From an uncultured delta proteobacterium (GTDB lineage: Bacteria; Desulfobacterota; WTBG01; CAIYCZ01; CAIRTM01): a stretch of 64,000 bases of DNA. Made by a program: the position numbers and the translations under genes. This document shows, piece by piece, positions 52,755 to 63,252 of this stretch (positions are counted from its first letter, which is position 1; each line of letters opens with the position of its first letter). The stretch lies in the NCBI GenBank assembly GCA_963804955.1, contig CAWDSQ010000007.1, positions 448,001 through 512,000 on the forward strand, read 5' to 3'. The notes beneath the pieces are model-generated. The model was not told where the DNA came from. It saw nothing but the letters and a program-made list of their open reading frames with translations, and ran no database searches.

Positions 52755-53844
52755 TTCTTGCGTGACCTCTTGGACTGATAATAATGCCGCGCCATGCTGC
52801 GGGCAAGCTCGGCCGGTGCGGGCACGATCACCGCCGGGCCGCCCGTAGAAGTGTATTTTGCCTCTGCCTTCAAGGGCCAGGCGCACATCCTCGACCATCT
52901 GGCCGGTGCTCATCTCGAAAACAAAAAAATCACTCATCTTTTTTACCGCATCCCGCAGGGCCTTGGTCGGAAACGGCCACAGGGTTATGGGCCGGATGAG
53001 CCCGATGCGCACATTTTCATCCTCCTTGCGCAGGCGGTTGATAGCGCCCTTGGCAATGCGGGCCGCCGTGCCGTAGGCGATGACCGCCATTTCGGCATCC
53101 TCCATCCGGTAGCTCTCCCAGCGCGTTTCGTTCTGCTCAATGCGCTGGTATTTGCGGTGCAGCTTCCAGTTGTGGTCCTCCATCTCCTTCACGTCAAGGA
53201 TAAGCGATTTCACAAGACGTGCGGGCCGGTCTTTAGCGCCGGTGAGGATATAGTCTTTTTCCGGAAGCGGCTTCATTCTTTTTGCGCACAGGGATGACGA
53301 CCGGCTCCATGAGCTGCCCCAGCATGCCGTCGCCTAAAATCAGCACCGGGTTGCGGTACTGATCCGCCATGTCGAAGGCCAGAAACGTGAGGTCGGCAAG
53401 CTCCTGCACCGAGGCCGGCGCCAGCACCGGCGTGCGGTAGTCGCCGTGACCTCCCCCGCGGGTTGCCTGAAAATAGTCCGACTGGGCCGGGGCGATATTG
53501 CCGAGTCCGGGCCCGCCGCGCATGATATTGACGATCACCGCCGGCAGCTCCATGCCCGCCATGAATGAAATGCCCTCCTGCTTGAGGCTGATGCCGGGGC
53601 TGCTGGATGAGGTCATGGCCCGGGCGCCTGCCACGCTTGCGCCGAGCACCATGTTAATGGACGCAAGCTCGCTTTCAGCCTGAATGAATACGCCGCCCAC
53701 CTCCGGCAGCCTTCGGGACATATACTCCGGCAGCTCGTTCTGGGGGGTTATGGGATAGCCGAAATAGCAGGTGCAGCCCGCCTGAATGGCGGCCTCGCCC
53801 GCGGCATGGGTTCCGTACATGAGCTGCTTAGTTTTCGTCGTCAC
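52751..53844 (-). CDS. vorB: 2-oxoacid (2-oxoisovalerate-type):ferredoxin oxidoreductase alpha subunit (frameshifted)
   Basis: [56 protein letters not shown]. Confidence 0.88.
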
Positions 53845-54046
53845 GGTACACCTCGATAGCGGCCTCCGGGCACATCAGGGCGCAAATGCCGCAGCCGTTG
53901 CACACCTTATGTGTATCGGCCTGAGCCGGGAAATACCCCTTGGCATTGAGCTGCGACGACAGGGAGATATTCTTCTTCGGGCAGAAGCCGATGCAGAGCT
54001 GGCAGCCCTTGCACATACTGGTATCGATGACAATTTTGCCCTTCAT
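53828..54046 (-). CDS. Ferredoxin (delta subunit)
   Basis: [12 protein letters not shown] and [12 protein letters not shown]. Confidence 0.92.
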   Translation of the reverse strand: MKGKIVIDTSMCKGCQLCIGFCPKKNISLSSQLNAKGYFPAQADTHKVCNGCGICALMCPEAAIEVYRDDEN

Positions 54047-54248
54047 ACACTGCTGACCGTACTCATGGTTTAATGTTAAATCAAGTCTAGCCTCTGGCCC
54101 GCGGCTTTGTCAATTGTTTCCTGCCCGGTGCGGCCATACTGAAAAAAAGCGCAGGCCCGCATCCTGCGCGGATGCGGGCTTTCGGTCTCTACGTGCTTGT
54201 CATTATGCGATTGCTACGCCCTGGTGAGACACATGCCGGAAGGCAGCT

Positions 54249-54698
54249 CTAGGAGCCCAGCTTCTGCAGTTCTTCCTTCACAATGCGGCTGATAACTGAG
54301 CCGTCGGCCTGGCCGGCAAGCTTCTTGGTGAGCATGCCCATGACCCTGCCCATATCCTTGGGGGTTTTGGCGTCTACCTCGGCGATAGCGGCAAGAGCGA
54401 GTTCGCGCACCTGCTCTTCCGGCAGCTGCGCCGGCAGGTAGCTTTCTATTATTGTCACTTCAGCCAGTTCTTTTGCAGCAAGTTCGGGCCGGTTTCCGTT
54501 GGTGAACTGCTCAGCTGCGTCCCTGCACTTGCGAACCATTGTTTGCAGGATCTGCACGCACTGCTCATCGGTTGGCGGTATGCCCTTTTCTTTTTCCTTG
54601 CGCACAAATTCCGTCAGAATAAGACGCAGCGTTGAAAGCCGCGCCTCATCCTTTGCCTTCATGGCAGCTTTAATTTCCTGGCTGATTCTATCCTTCAC
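54249..54698 (-). CDS. GatB/YqeY-domain protein
   Basis: K.AMKAKD..RL.TLR, YLP.QL, KDMGRVMG, G.ADG. Confidence 0.92.
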   Translation of the reverse strand: MKDRISQEIKAAMKAKDEARLSTLRLILTEFVRKEKEKGIPPTDEQCVQILQTMVRKCRDAAEQFTNGNRPELAAKELAEVTIIESYLPAQLPEEQVRELALAAIAEVDAKTPKDMGRVMGMLTKKLAGQADGSVISRIVKEELQKLGS

Positions 54699-54718
54699 TG
54701 CAGGCGCCTTTTAATTAA

Positions 54719-55066
54719 TTATTTGCTTTTTGCTTTTTTCGGGGTCTTTGGGCCCTTCTCGACAATCATGCGGGTTTTGCGCTTCAGCTTGGCTATCTTC
54801 TTGCGCAGCTCCGTATTCTTCTTGGCATCCTTTGCCTCCATGGCCTGAGCCTGCTCAGCCTTCAGCTGGCGAATGGTCTTTTTTAAATCCGTAACGGGAA
54901 CATGCTTTTTCGCCTCATGCGTCGGCTCGCCGCGGGCCTTAAGAATCTGCACAACCAGTTCTTCTTTTTTCATGGCATGGGCGCCCTGTATTTCGGGATA
55001 CTCGGCTGCGATAAGCTCGCGCAGTTTAATCGCGGTCAATTTTTCAAGCTCGGGTCTGCTGCTCAT
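54719..55066 (-). CDS. Basic protein with Rho-N-like HEH segment
   Basis: LEKLTA.KLRE..I.GAHAMKKEELV; Lys-rich coiled coil; GGAGG RBS. Confidence 0.7.
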   Translation of the reverse strand: MSSRPELEKLTAIKLRELIAAEYPEIQGAHAMKKEELVVQILKARGEPTHEAKKHVPVTDLKKTIRQLKAEQAQAMEAKDAKKNTELRKKIAKLKRKTRMIVEKGPKTPKKAKSK

Positions 55067-55160
55067 GTAACTCCTCCAAAATAGAATAGGAAAGTGCCTT
55101 TTGTTAAAATACGAATCGTACTTTTAACCTATTTGCTCAAAAAAGTCAAGGAAACACAAT

Positions 55161-56030
55161 TTATTCGCTCACCGGTATCTGCACATTCCAGAAGCTGTCC
55201 ATCCAGAATTTCTTAAACTGGTCCTTGAATATCTTCTTGCCGAGATTTATTGCCACATCATTTTTATATAATGCCGTGACCAGCTCCTTCATTTTCTGCT
55301 CATGCCGCACAGCATAGGCAGGCTCGGGAGCAAGGGCTGCAAGACTTTTGAGATACGCGGTTAACATAATTTTATAGGCCTCGCCTGCCGTCTGAAAGTA
55401 CTGTTTGCGGGCTGCCTCATCGCCTTTTGGCTCCTGCAGCTCAACACGGTAGGGGCTTTTATACGGATCAAGATATTTGGTGATCTTGCCGCGGCCCTGC
55501 TCGACCGTGCGCTGATATTTTTCCACCATTGCCAGGGCTTTCTTCACATTCTCAAGCTCGCTGCCGAAAAATTTCTCATAATTGATATTTTCAGGATCAA
55601 CATTGAAAATATCCATCGAGCAGAGGCCCGGCACGCCGACAGAGGGTTTCATGAAATCGATATGAAATATGGGGGCCTTAAAACTATAGCTGGGCCGGAT
55701 ATTGAAGGTGAAATCCCGGAAATAGCCCGAGCCGGGCGGCACTTCAAACTGGCTGATGCTTGCCGCCCCAATCCGGTCGGTTTCAAAGGATTTCAGGGGC
55801 AGCGCGATCACATCGCTGCCGAAAATTTTTGAATACGGAAATGAAAGCTGCAGGGTCATGGTTTCAACAGGCCGGGCCTTGGCTACTAAAAAGCGCTCGA
55901 GGGTAAATTTTTTCAGATCATTGTACACGCCGAAGTCCTCATACTTGGGAGGTGTGAAGGTTGCGACAAAAATACCCACCACGACAATAAGTAGTACGAC
56001 AATGAGACCGATAGCTTTTAAAATTTTCAT
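55161..56030 (-). CDS. Membrane-anchored protein, possible ferredoxin-dependent bilin reductase/RCCR fold
   Basis: N-terminal TM helix; FNIRPSY.FKAPIFHIDF..CSMDIF..Y..FF and Y.SPY motifs. Confidence 0.45.
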   Translation of the reverse strand: MKILKAIGLIVVLLIVVVGIFVATFTPPKYEDFGVYNDLKKFTLERFLVAKARPVETMTLQLSFPYSKIFGSDVIALPLKSFETDRIGAASISQFEVPPGSGYFRDFTFNIRPSYSFKAPIFHIDFMKPSVGVPGLCSMDIFNVDPENINYEKFFGSELENVKKALAMVEKYQRTVEQGRGKITKYLDPYKSPYRVELQEPKGDEAARKQYFQTAGEAYKIMLTAYLKSLAALAPEPAYAVRHEQKMKELVTALYKNDVAINLGKKIFKDQFKKFWMDSFWNVQIPVSE

Positions 56031-56104
56031 ATATTCTCCCTTTCCCATAAATCAGTTACGGTTTTGGCAGACATTTTCTGCTGTGTTAAATTGATTCTAT
56101 ATCA

Positions 56105-57970
56105 TCAATGCCAGGCTTCGGCAACCTTTGCGTTAAGGGGAACGCCATGTGCGTCCCAGCCGCGCAGGCGGTAGTAGTCGTCAAGCATGCTCTCCCATTT
56201 CTGCCAGTCGATTGTTTCGCCCTTATACGGCCCGCTGGGCAGGGGCCCGTCAATCCACTTGCCCACAAGTCGGTCGTCCTTTCGGGTAATACCCTCGCGG
56301 CAAAGAAAGGCGCGCTCCAGCGTATAGACGCGCTCTGCGCAGACTCTCAGTTTTTCTTCGTCCATCTCAATGCCAAAGGCCAGGCTGAAAAGTCTGCACA
56401 GGTCCCCCATGGGGCAGTCCTTTTCGCTGCCCCGTACGGCAAAAAGGCACACTTCAAAAAGATCAAGTGCAAGTGACTGGTTCTGGAAATACACAGCTCC
56501 TGCCGCCTTGTTGTAGGACAGCGGGTCAAGAATATCTGTCGTGCCGAAGCGTTCAAGGGCCTTCTCCGGCGTCATGGGCTTGAACCACACAAACTCGGGC
56601 GGCACCACGCAGCGCAGGTGGTCGGCCCCGCGGGTTGAGGTTGCCATGCCAAGGGCGCTGCCCTTGATCATGCGCGGCTCAATGCCTGCCATGACCATGC
56701 CTTTGCTGTGGCTCACATATTTTTCAGCCTCCGGCCCGAAATGCTTAGCCGCGCGCACAATGCCCTCGGCAAGCACATTGCCCACGCCCTCGCGCCGGGC
56801 GATCTTCTCCATAAGGGCCATCATGCCGGGAACACTACCCCAGGTAAGCTCTATGCCGTCAAGGTCTGCGGCAGTCACCACGCCGTGCTCATACCAGTCC
56901 ATCACCACAGCCAGGGCCTGCCCCAGCTCTATCATGTCTATACCGAGTCCGTTTGCCATATTGTTCATTTTAAATATTGAGTCGATATCGGCATTGCCGC
57001 AGACCGGCCCCATGGGTGTGAAAGCTCCCTCCTCGATTTTTTTGCCATGCTCGCCGGCATATGGCCCGTCTTTCACTTTATACGTATGGCCGCAGCCGAT
57101 GGGGCAGCCATAGCAGGGTGTGCTGCCCTCATAGAAACGGGCGGCCACAGACTGGGCTGAGAAATTCTCCACTCCTTCGAAATCGCCGGCCTGATTGAAA
57201 TTGCGTATGGCCATAATGTGAAACTTATTTGTTGGCGCAACGCCGCCGATGCCGGCAAACTTGCGGAAGCCGTCATATACTTTTGAATCCTTGATGCGCT
57301 TCTGCATCGCCATGGCAAATTCTTTAAACCCTGCCGCATTATGCAGCGGCACTGTACCCGTGCCGATAACGGCAACGGCCTTGAGATTTTTCGAGCCCAT
57401 CACCGCCCCCAGGCCGGTGCGCGAGGCAGAGCGGTCTTCATGGGTAATGCTGGCAATTTTTACAAGATTTTCGCCCGCAGGCCCGATTGAGGCAATGCGC
57501 ACACGCCGGTCGCCAAGCTCTGCCGTAATCAGCGCTTCTGTTTCCCGCGTGGTTTTACCCCAGAGACGCGCCGCGCCGCGGATTTCAATTTTTCCGTCAT
57601 TAATAAATATGTAGACGGGCTTATCCGATCGGCCATGCACCACCAGATGATCAACCCCTGCGCGCCGCAGCGCCGGGCCGAACCTGCCGCCCGCATTGGC
57701 GTCACCAAGAAGCCCTGTGAGCGGCGATTTGCCCGTAACGGTGAACCTCGCAGCGCAGGGCGCTGCCGTGCCGGAAAGCGCTCCTGCTGCAAAGATGACC
57801 ACATTCTCCGGCCCCAGTGGGTCAGCGCCCTTTGGCACAAGATCATACAACAGCCGCGCGCTTATACCCCGGCCGCCGATATACAGCCGCCGCATCTCTT
57901 GCGTGATGCTTTCGCGCCGGACCTTCCCTGTCGTCAGATCAACATGGACAATCGTGCCAAATTTTTCCAT
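56105..57970 (-). CDS. Tungsten-type aldehyde:ferredoxin oxidoreductase
   Basis: VDLTTG, YIGGRG, KSPLTG, IGPAGEN, RTGLGAVMGSKNLKA, CYGCPIGC, IARREG.G..LAEG, RGADH, YYRLRGWD. Confidence 0.92.
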   Translation of the reverse strand: MEKFGTIVHVDLTTGKVRRESITQEMRRLYIGGRGISARLLYDLVPKGADPLGPENVVIFAAGALSGTAAPCAARFTVTGKSPLTGLLGDANAGGRFGPALRRAGVDHLVVHGRSDKPVYIFINDGKIEIRGAARLWGKTTRETEALITAELGDRRVRIASIGPAGENLVKIASITHEDRSASRTGLGAVMGSKNLKAVAVIGTGTVPLHNAAGFKEFAMAMQKRIKDSKVYDGFRKFAGIGGVAPTNKFHIMAIRNFNQAGDFEGVENFSAQSVAARFYEGSTPCYGCPIGCGHTYKVKDGPYAGEHGKKIEEGAFTPMGPVCGNADIDSIFKMNNMANGLGIDMIELGQALAVVMDWYEHGVVTAADLDGIELTWGSVPGMMALMEKIARREGVGNVLAEGIVRAAKHFGPEAEKYVSHSKGMVMAGIEPRMIKGSALGMATSTRGADHLRCVVPPEFVWFKPMTPEKALERFGTTDILDPLSYNKAAGAVYFQNQSLALDLFEVCLFAVRGSEKDCPMGDLCRLFSLAFGIEMDEEKLRVCAERVYTLERAFLCREGITRKDDRLVGKWIDGPLPSGPYKGETIDWQKWESMLDDYYRLRGWDAHGVPLNAKVAEAWH

Positions 57971-57987
57971 GGATGTGCCTTTAAAAT

Positions 57988-58641
57988 TCATGTATCCATC
58001 CACCGCACCACTTCCTCAACGGGCAGGCGCTCGCGCGGGATTTTGTTGATCGGCGAATCGGGATCGGGGTAGCCCACAGCGATGCCGTCAACCAGGATCA
58101 GCTCATCCTCAAGCGCAAGCTCCCGCTTGATATGCTCCTGGCAGATGGAAACCGCATTCATCCAGCAGGTGCCAAGGCCCCGGCTCCAGGCGGCAAGCAT
58201 AAAATTCTGCATGGCTGCAACGGTTGATTTTAAATAGTTCTGGTCCTTGCAGGGATAGACGCCAAAGATGATGCCCACCGGCGCGCCGTGAAAGGTAAAG
58301 TTGCCGTCGGCACCTGACTGCATATTGTAATCATGCTCCTTGAGAAATGCAAGCATGCGGGAAAAATTCTCCTGCTTGCGCTTTGCAAGCATTTCCTGCG
58401 TTGCCGCGCTGATGGGCACCTGCTGCGGGCCGGGCACGGGTTTAAAATTTTCCTTGATGGCGTGGCAGACCGCCTGCAGCGGCTTGCCCGTAAGCACGAT
58501 AAACTGCCAGGGTTGCTGGCTTGTGGGGTTGGGCGCCCATGAGGCTGCTTCAAGGCATTCCAGAATCAGCTCCCGCGGCGGCATTTCGGTTTTGAACGCC
58601 CGAATACTGCGCCGCTGTTTTATAAGGTCGATCATGTTCAT
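57988..58641 (-). CDS. Nitroreductase-family flavoprotein
   Basis: RRSIRAF, A.WAP...QQPWQF, QNFMLAA..GLGTC, IAVGYPD. Confidence 0.92.
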   Translation of the reverse strand: MNMIDLIKQRRSIRAFKTEMPPRELILECLEAASWAPNPTSQQPWQFIVLTGKPLQAVCHAIKENFKPVPGPQQVPISAATQEMLAKRKQENFSRMLAFLKEHDYNMQSGADGNFTFHGAPVGIIFGVYPCKDQNYLKSTVAAMQNFMLAAWSRGLGTCWMNAVSICQEHIKRELALEDELILVDGIAVGYPDPDSPINKIPRERLPVEEVVRWMDT

Positions 58642-58699
58642 GGGTATTCCTCACGCGTGATGTACTACTGTTGATTTTTTTATATGAAGTGTATTTATC

Positions 58700-58727
58700 G
58701 TAGGGGCGGTTCGCGAACCGCCCCTGC
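58700..58727. repeat. GTAG-type REP palindrome
   Basis: GTAGGGGCGGTTCGCGAACCGCCCCTGC; exact inverse of 39813-39840. Confidence 0.8.
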
Positions 58728-58774
58728 ATTATGATTTATTTATTTTCCCGGCTGTGCCCTACAAACCCCCCAAC

Positions 58775-59197
58775 TCAATGCATCACGACCGGCTGGGCCG
58801 GTTTTCTTTCGCGAATGAAAAACTCATGCACGATCTGGGGCTGTTCTTCGTCAAAGAAGAAAAGCTCGAATTTTGCCCGGCCCTCCTGCGGGATTTTTGC
58901 CGGGGCCAGGGCCACGATGATGGTATGGTGCGAGCCCTGCGGCGGGCCGGGGGCAGCCTGTATGGGCAGCACCACAGGCTCGCTGCCCGGCATGCTCACT
59001 TTGGCTTTTGCCGAAGTGAAGGACTGCGAGATCTGATCGAGCATCACCACAAAGCACAAATGCGGCATCAGCGCCGGAACTTTGCCCACCCACAGCTCGG
59101 GGCCGTACACGCCCATGAATGAGAGTTTGTTGCCGACCTCATTTCGCACATCGTCGCAGAGAATGACATGATATTTTTTTGCTATGTCCATGAGCAT
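58775..59197 (-). CDS. Hypothetical protein (DUF6941-like)
   Basis: ILCDDVR.E.GNK.S.MGVY motif. Confidence 0.7.
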   Translation of the reverse strand: MLMDIAKKYHVILCDDVRNEVGNKLSFMGVYGPELWVGKVPALMPHLCFVVMLDQISQSFTSAKAKVSMPGSEPVVLPIQAAPGPPQGSHHTIIVALAPAKIPQEGRAKFELFFFDEEQPQIVHEFFIRERKPAQPVVMH

Positions 59198-59295
59198 GCT
59201 CCATCTATTTCTAAATTACTGTTTAACAAAATGTAGTTTTAAATTTGTTGGGTTCGCCCTTGGGGGCGTGCTTTTTTATAAACATCGGTATTTTC

Positions 59296-59348
59296 GCAGG
59301 TTGGGTTGAGGTACGAAATCCAACATTCTTTTCCGGGCTTAACCCAAC
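59296..59348. repeat. REP-like palindrome pair
   Basis: GCAGGTTGGGTTGAGGTACGAAATCCAAC..TTAACCCAAC. Confidence 0.65.
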
Positions 59349-59371
59349 AAAAAAAACTTTTCAGCCATTCA

Positions 59372-60034
59372 TCATGCTTGCCCCAGGGCCTGCTTCGGGC
59401 AGACGCTGCAGCACTGGCAGCATCGCAGGCAGTCGTGATCAGGCAGGCTGCCCGTGTCTTTATGTTTTGTAATCGCAAGATTCATGGGGCAGGCTTTTTC
59501 GCAGGCCCCGCATTCGATGCATTTTTCAGCATCGATTATAATACGGTGTTGGCCCCGGTCAAGGGCGCTCTGCATAGTGCCCATGGGACAGAACGTGCAC
59601 CAGGCCCGCGGGTGAATAAAAACAGCAAGAACCACGCCGACGGCTGTAGTCACCGTGCACAGAAGCCAGAACACGCGGCCCCAGTGGTCGAAGTCCGTGG
59701 GGTTGAGCATAATCCGGTAGACCATGAAGGCCATGAGCGCGGCAAAGACCGGCCAGCGGAACCAGCCGCTTCTCATCCATGCGGGTATAGGCCGCTTAAA
59801 ACTCATGCGGGGCATGATGCGATCAAAGAAAGCTCCCCGCGGGCAGAGATAGCCGCATACATACCGGCCACGCACAAAGCCGCCAGCCATGCCCATGAGC
59901 ATAACCACGGGCACGCTGTAGCCGAGCCAGGGATAGTGCCAGCCGAAGGCAATGACGATTACGACGATGGGCCACAGACTCAGCTGCACGGTCTTGCGCA
60001 GGGCTGTGTGTTTTTTATAATCTGCAGACGGCAT
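59372..60034 (-). CDS. Membrane 4Fe-4S protein (NapH/MauN/YccM-like)
   Basis: GRYVCGYLCP, R.WC.FCPMG, CIECGACEKACP, CLRCCQCCSVCP; TM helices. Confidence 0.88.
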   Translation of the reverse strand: MPSADYKKHTALRKTVQLSLWPIVVIVIAFGWHYPWLGYSVPVVMLMGMAGGFVRGRYVCGYLCPRGAFFDRIMPRMSFKRPIPAWMRSGWFRWPVFAALMAFMVYRIMLNPTDFDHWGRVFWLLCTVTTAVGVVLAVFIHPRAWCTFCPMGTMQSALDRGQHRIIIDAEKCIECGACEKACPMNLAITKHKDTGSLPDHDCLRCCQCCSVCPKQALGQA

Positions 60035-60128
60035 AGCTGCTCACGAATAGATTCGGCTTAAGTAGTACAGTAATGGCAGACTTCCGCCATGTCAAGGAGA
60101 GGATTTTGACAACAGGGTGATCGGGGAT

Positions 60129-60159
60129 AAAAAAGGCCGGCAGCGATTGCTGCCGGCCC
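60129..60159 (-). terminator. Terminator after the cytochrome gene
   Basis: GGCCGGCAGC-loop-GCTGCCGGCC followed by a T-run on the minus strand. Confidence 0.75.
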
Positions 60160-60180
60160 AGTGCTGAACCGTAAAAATTT

Positions 60181-61755
60181 TTACCGTGGCTGCTGCAGTG
60201 CCCGCAGTTCCGATTTTTTGTAGCCCAAAAATTTCCAGAATTTGCTATCGCTGCTATGGCAGCTATTGCAGCCCTGCTGGTCATAGCCCAGGGCATTGGC
60301 GCCCGTCTGAATGCCATGATCAACTTTCAGCGCGCAGTTCATGGGGAAGGTGAATACGACGCCCATGGCGCGGCGAAGGGCGAAATTATAATTTTCTTTA
60401 TTGCCCCGCAGCCAGCTTGTGGCTTCCATGCCCTCATTGGCGGCTGTTACCAGGTCGCCGTCGACAAGGAAATATTTCAGCACATAGGGCACCGGCTGCA
60501 GCACGAACAAGATCAAACCACAGCAGCGCTTCATAGCGCTTGAACGGTGCAATCTTCGAGCCGTCGCCCTCTGCATAGCCTTTCTTGCTGCCCTTGGGCC
60601 CGATGGGGCATGGGCCTTCCAGATCGCCTTCCCAGCCGCCGGATGTACCGTTAAACCACCGGTACTCAGGCTCAACGCCGTATTTCACGACGTCTTTGAA
60701 TTCATAAAACGCCCCGTCCTCTCGGCAGATAGGGCCGCCGCAAATCCCGCTGCATAAGCCCGCCGGTATGCCGGATATGGCAGGTCTGGCAGGCAAGATA
60801 GTGCTGTGTGCATGTCAAGGGAGGCCTTGTTGGCATTGGCCGATGCGGTGTGCGGGGTAGAGCCGTGGCAGTCGGAGCAGTCCAGCGTGTCGGGCACCAC
60901 GTCGCGGCCCCAGGACACATTGTGCTTGCCGTATTTAAATTTATGATCGCCTGCATAGTGGCACTCGGCGCAGCGAATTCCTGCTGCGGCATGCACGTCG
61001 CCATCGATGGTAGCGGTTTCCTGAACGCCCTGGCCATTATCGTAGGTCAGTTCATAGGGCTCGGCAACATAGTCGGTGCCGTATTTGAAAGCCTTCGACA
61101 TAGTGCCGTCGGGTGCAAACACCTTGCCGCCGGAATTCACATGGCAACGGTTGCAGGCTTGCGATGTTACATTGTCGCCGACCGACTGCGCGTCCTCAAG
61201 CGAGGCATGGCTCCAGTAGGTGCGGCTCTGATTATCGCTGAGCACAACGCGCTGCCCGCCTTCGCCGCCGCCGTCATAGGTTTTGCCGTGGCACAGCACG
61301 CAGTCGATCTGGTCTTTGGCCGCTTCGGTGGCCTCGATGGGCTCACCGTCTATGGTTACCGGCATGGCATCGGCTCCTGCCGAAATATGGCAGCTGCCGC
61401 AGCCGGCATTTTTGGTATGTGTATCATCAATGGTGCTGGTCCAGACTTCAGCCCAATTGGCCCCGACGAGGCCACCGGGAAGTCCTCAATACCGGTTGCC
61501 TTTCCCTTTTTCGACATCCGCCGGATACGGTTTATTGGTCAAAAAATCATACACCCCCTGCGTCGGGCCAAGCATGCGATAGTGCAGCACATGGCTCACA
61601 TCATCAACCTCGTCCGGATGGCACACACGGCAGGTTTTCGAGCCTTCATACGAGGTTATCATGCCGGTATGGTCCGTGGCGGCAAAGCCCTGCGAGCTGA
61701 GCATCAGCAGTCCAAGCCCTGCACCCCAAAAGGCAAAGAACCTTTTCTTTTTCAT
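60181..61755 (-). CDS. Periplasmic octaheme cytochrome c (Otr-like), frameshifted
   Basis: Signal peptide; eight CxxCH motifs across frames (CRVCH, CGSCH, CVLCH, CNRCH, CAECH, CSDCH, CQTCH, CNSCH); DVH, PEYRWFNG, SKIAPFK. Confidence 0.8.
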
Positions 61756-61888
61756 ACGTACTCCTTCTCCTCATTGATGATGTTTATATTTCCTTTTTAT
61801 TTATATACTGAAATAAAAAAAAAGCAAGCTGCTGCAGTCAATATAAATCCGGATGATTTAGGGGGTTAAGGCGCTGCACAGAAGCAAT

Positions 61889-61925
61889 AAAAAAACACCG
61901 GGCAATTGTGCCTGGTGCTTTTTTT
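61889..61925. terminator. Terminator downstream of the tRNA
   Basis: A-run CACCGGGCA-ATTG-TGCCTGGTG T-run. Confidence 0.7.
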
Positions 61926-61932
61926 ATATTCC

Positions 61933-62008
61933 TGGTGGAGCTGAACGGGATCGAACCGTCGGCCTCTTGAATGCCATTCAAGCGCTCTCCCAGCTGAGCT
62001 ACAGCCCC
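61933..62008 (-). tRNA. tRNA-Ala(GGC)
   Basis: GGGGCTGTAGCTCAGCTGGGAGAGCGCTTGAATGGCATTCAAGAGGCCGACGGTTCGATCCCGTTCAGCTCCACCA; 76 nt, G3:U70, CCA end. Confidence 0.98.
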
Positions 62009-62190
62009 ACGGAGGTCATTTTTAAAAAATTACTATACCAGAATACGCGGCATTGTCAAAAAGAAAATAGGATGTATGCGCCCGGACGCCGGATGCCTGC
62101 GCATATAATGATTTGATAAAGGCACAAAAAAAAGTTAAGCTGTTTTATAAGATTAATGCTTGCTGCCTGTACGGAACAGGAGGTCCTGGT

Positions 62191-63252
62191 ATGCGCCGCG
62201 TCGGCATTGTTCGCGCCCAGCTGTATATTGAGCACCGAACCGGTGTGCATCATATAGAGGTGCCACGGCGTCTTGAAACAATCTACGGCATGATCGATGA
62301 AAACGGGCTCAAAGAACGCCTTGTGGAAATCGAGCCGCGGTATGCGAGCCTTGAAGAGGTAGAGAGGGTGCATGACGCCGACTATGTCGAAAAAATCCTC
62401 GACACCGCAGGCGAGCCCCTGCGCTACCTCGATCCCGACACCGTGACCTCGGGGCAGTCCTGCCGCGCTGCATTTCTTGCCGCAGGCGGCGTGCTCGAAG
62501 CGGTGCGCCGCGTTGCGGCCCGCGAGATAGATACCGCCTTTGCCCTTATACGGCCCCCCGGGCACCATGCCGAGCGCAACCGCCAGATGGGCTTCTGCCT
62601 CTTCAACAACGCAGCCATCGCCGCAGAATATGCGCGCCGCCAGCTGGGGGTTGAGCGCGTGCTGATCGTAGACTGGGACGTGCATCACCCCAACGGCACG
62701 CAGCATATATTCGAGCAGTCTTCCCGGGTTCTGCTTTTCTCCTCGCACCGCCATCCGTTCTTCCCCGGCACGGGCGATATGCTTGAAGTGGGGCTGGGCA
62801 AAGGCCGGGGCTTCTCGGTCAATGTGCCGCTGCCGGCGCAGCGCGACGACAGCGACCTTGTGCTTGTCTACCGGCGCCTGCTTGAACCCCTGGCCCGCGA
62901 ATTTCAACCGCAGCTGATTCTGGTGTCAGCGGGCTTTGACGCGCACGTCGACGACCCCATCGGCGGCATGCGCCTCACCGAACGCGGATTTGCAGCGCTG
63001 GCCCAGATCGTTCTCGGCCTTGCCGATGATCTCTGCGGCGGAAAAAGCATTTTCATGCTTGAAGGAGGCTATGACCTTGGCGCATTGCGCAGCTCGACGC
63101 GGGCTGTACTTGAAACAATGCTTGACGGCGCGCCTGAAGGCCTTGTGCAGCGCCTTGAGCGCGGCGTGAAGCCTGCCTCTCCCGTGCCGGATATAATTGA
63201 AAGCGTTATTGAAGTGCAGGGCCAGTACTGGAGATGTTTCAGCAATGTTTGA
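62191..63252 (+). CDS. Zn-dependent histone deacetylase family protein
   Basis: H.E.P.RL, RPPGHHA, GFCLFNN, VDWDVHH.NGTQ, FFPGTG, VSAGFDAH..DP, LEGGY. Confidence 0.93.
   Translation: MRRVGIVRAQLYIEHRTGVHHIEVPRRLETIYGMIDENGLKERLVEIEPRYASLEEVERVHDADYVEKILDTAGEPLRYLDPDTVTSGQSCRAAFLAAGGVLEAVRRVAAREIDTAFALIRPPGHHAERNRQMGFCLFNNAAIAAEYARRQLGVERVLIVDWDVHHPNGTQHIFEQSSRVLLFSSHRHPFFPGTGDMLEVGLGKGRGFSVNVPLPAQRDDSDLVLVYRRLLEPLAREFQPQLILVSAGFDAHVDDPIGGMRLTERGFAALAQIVLGLADDLCGGKSIFMLEGGYDLGALRSSTRAVLETMLDGAPEGLVQRLERGVKPASPVPDIIESVIEVQGQYWRCFSNV

Noticed and set aside
51462..53276. 604-aa ORF that looks like an alpha-beta-gamma oxidoreductase fusion
   Set aside because: The junctions read as out-of-frame text; the proper beta ending (EILSPCPTNW..) is in another frame and gamma has its own RBS and ATG. 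It is an indel artefact.
61933..62008. Genomic island integrated at tRNA-Ala
   Set aside because: No duplicated tRNA 3' end or integrase was noticed in the window.
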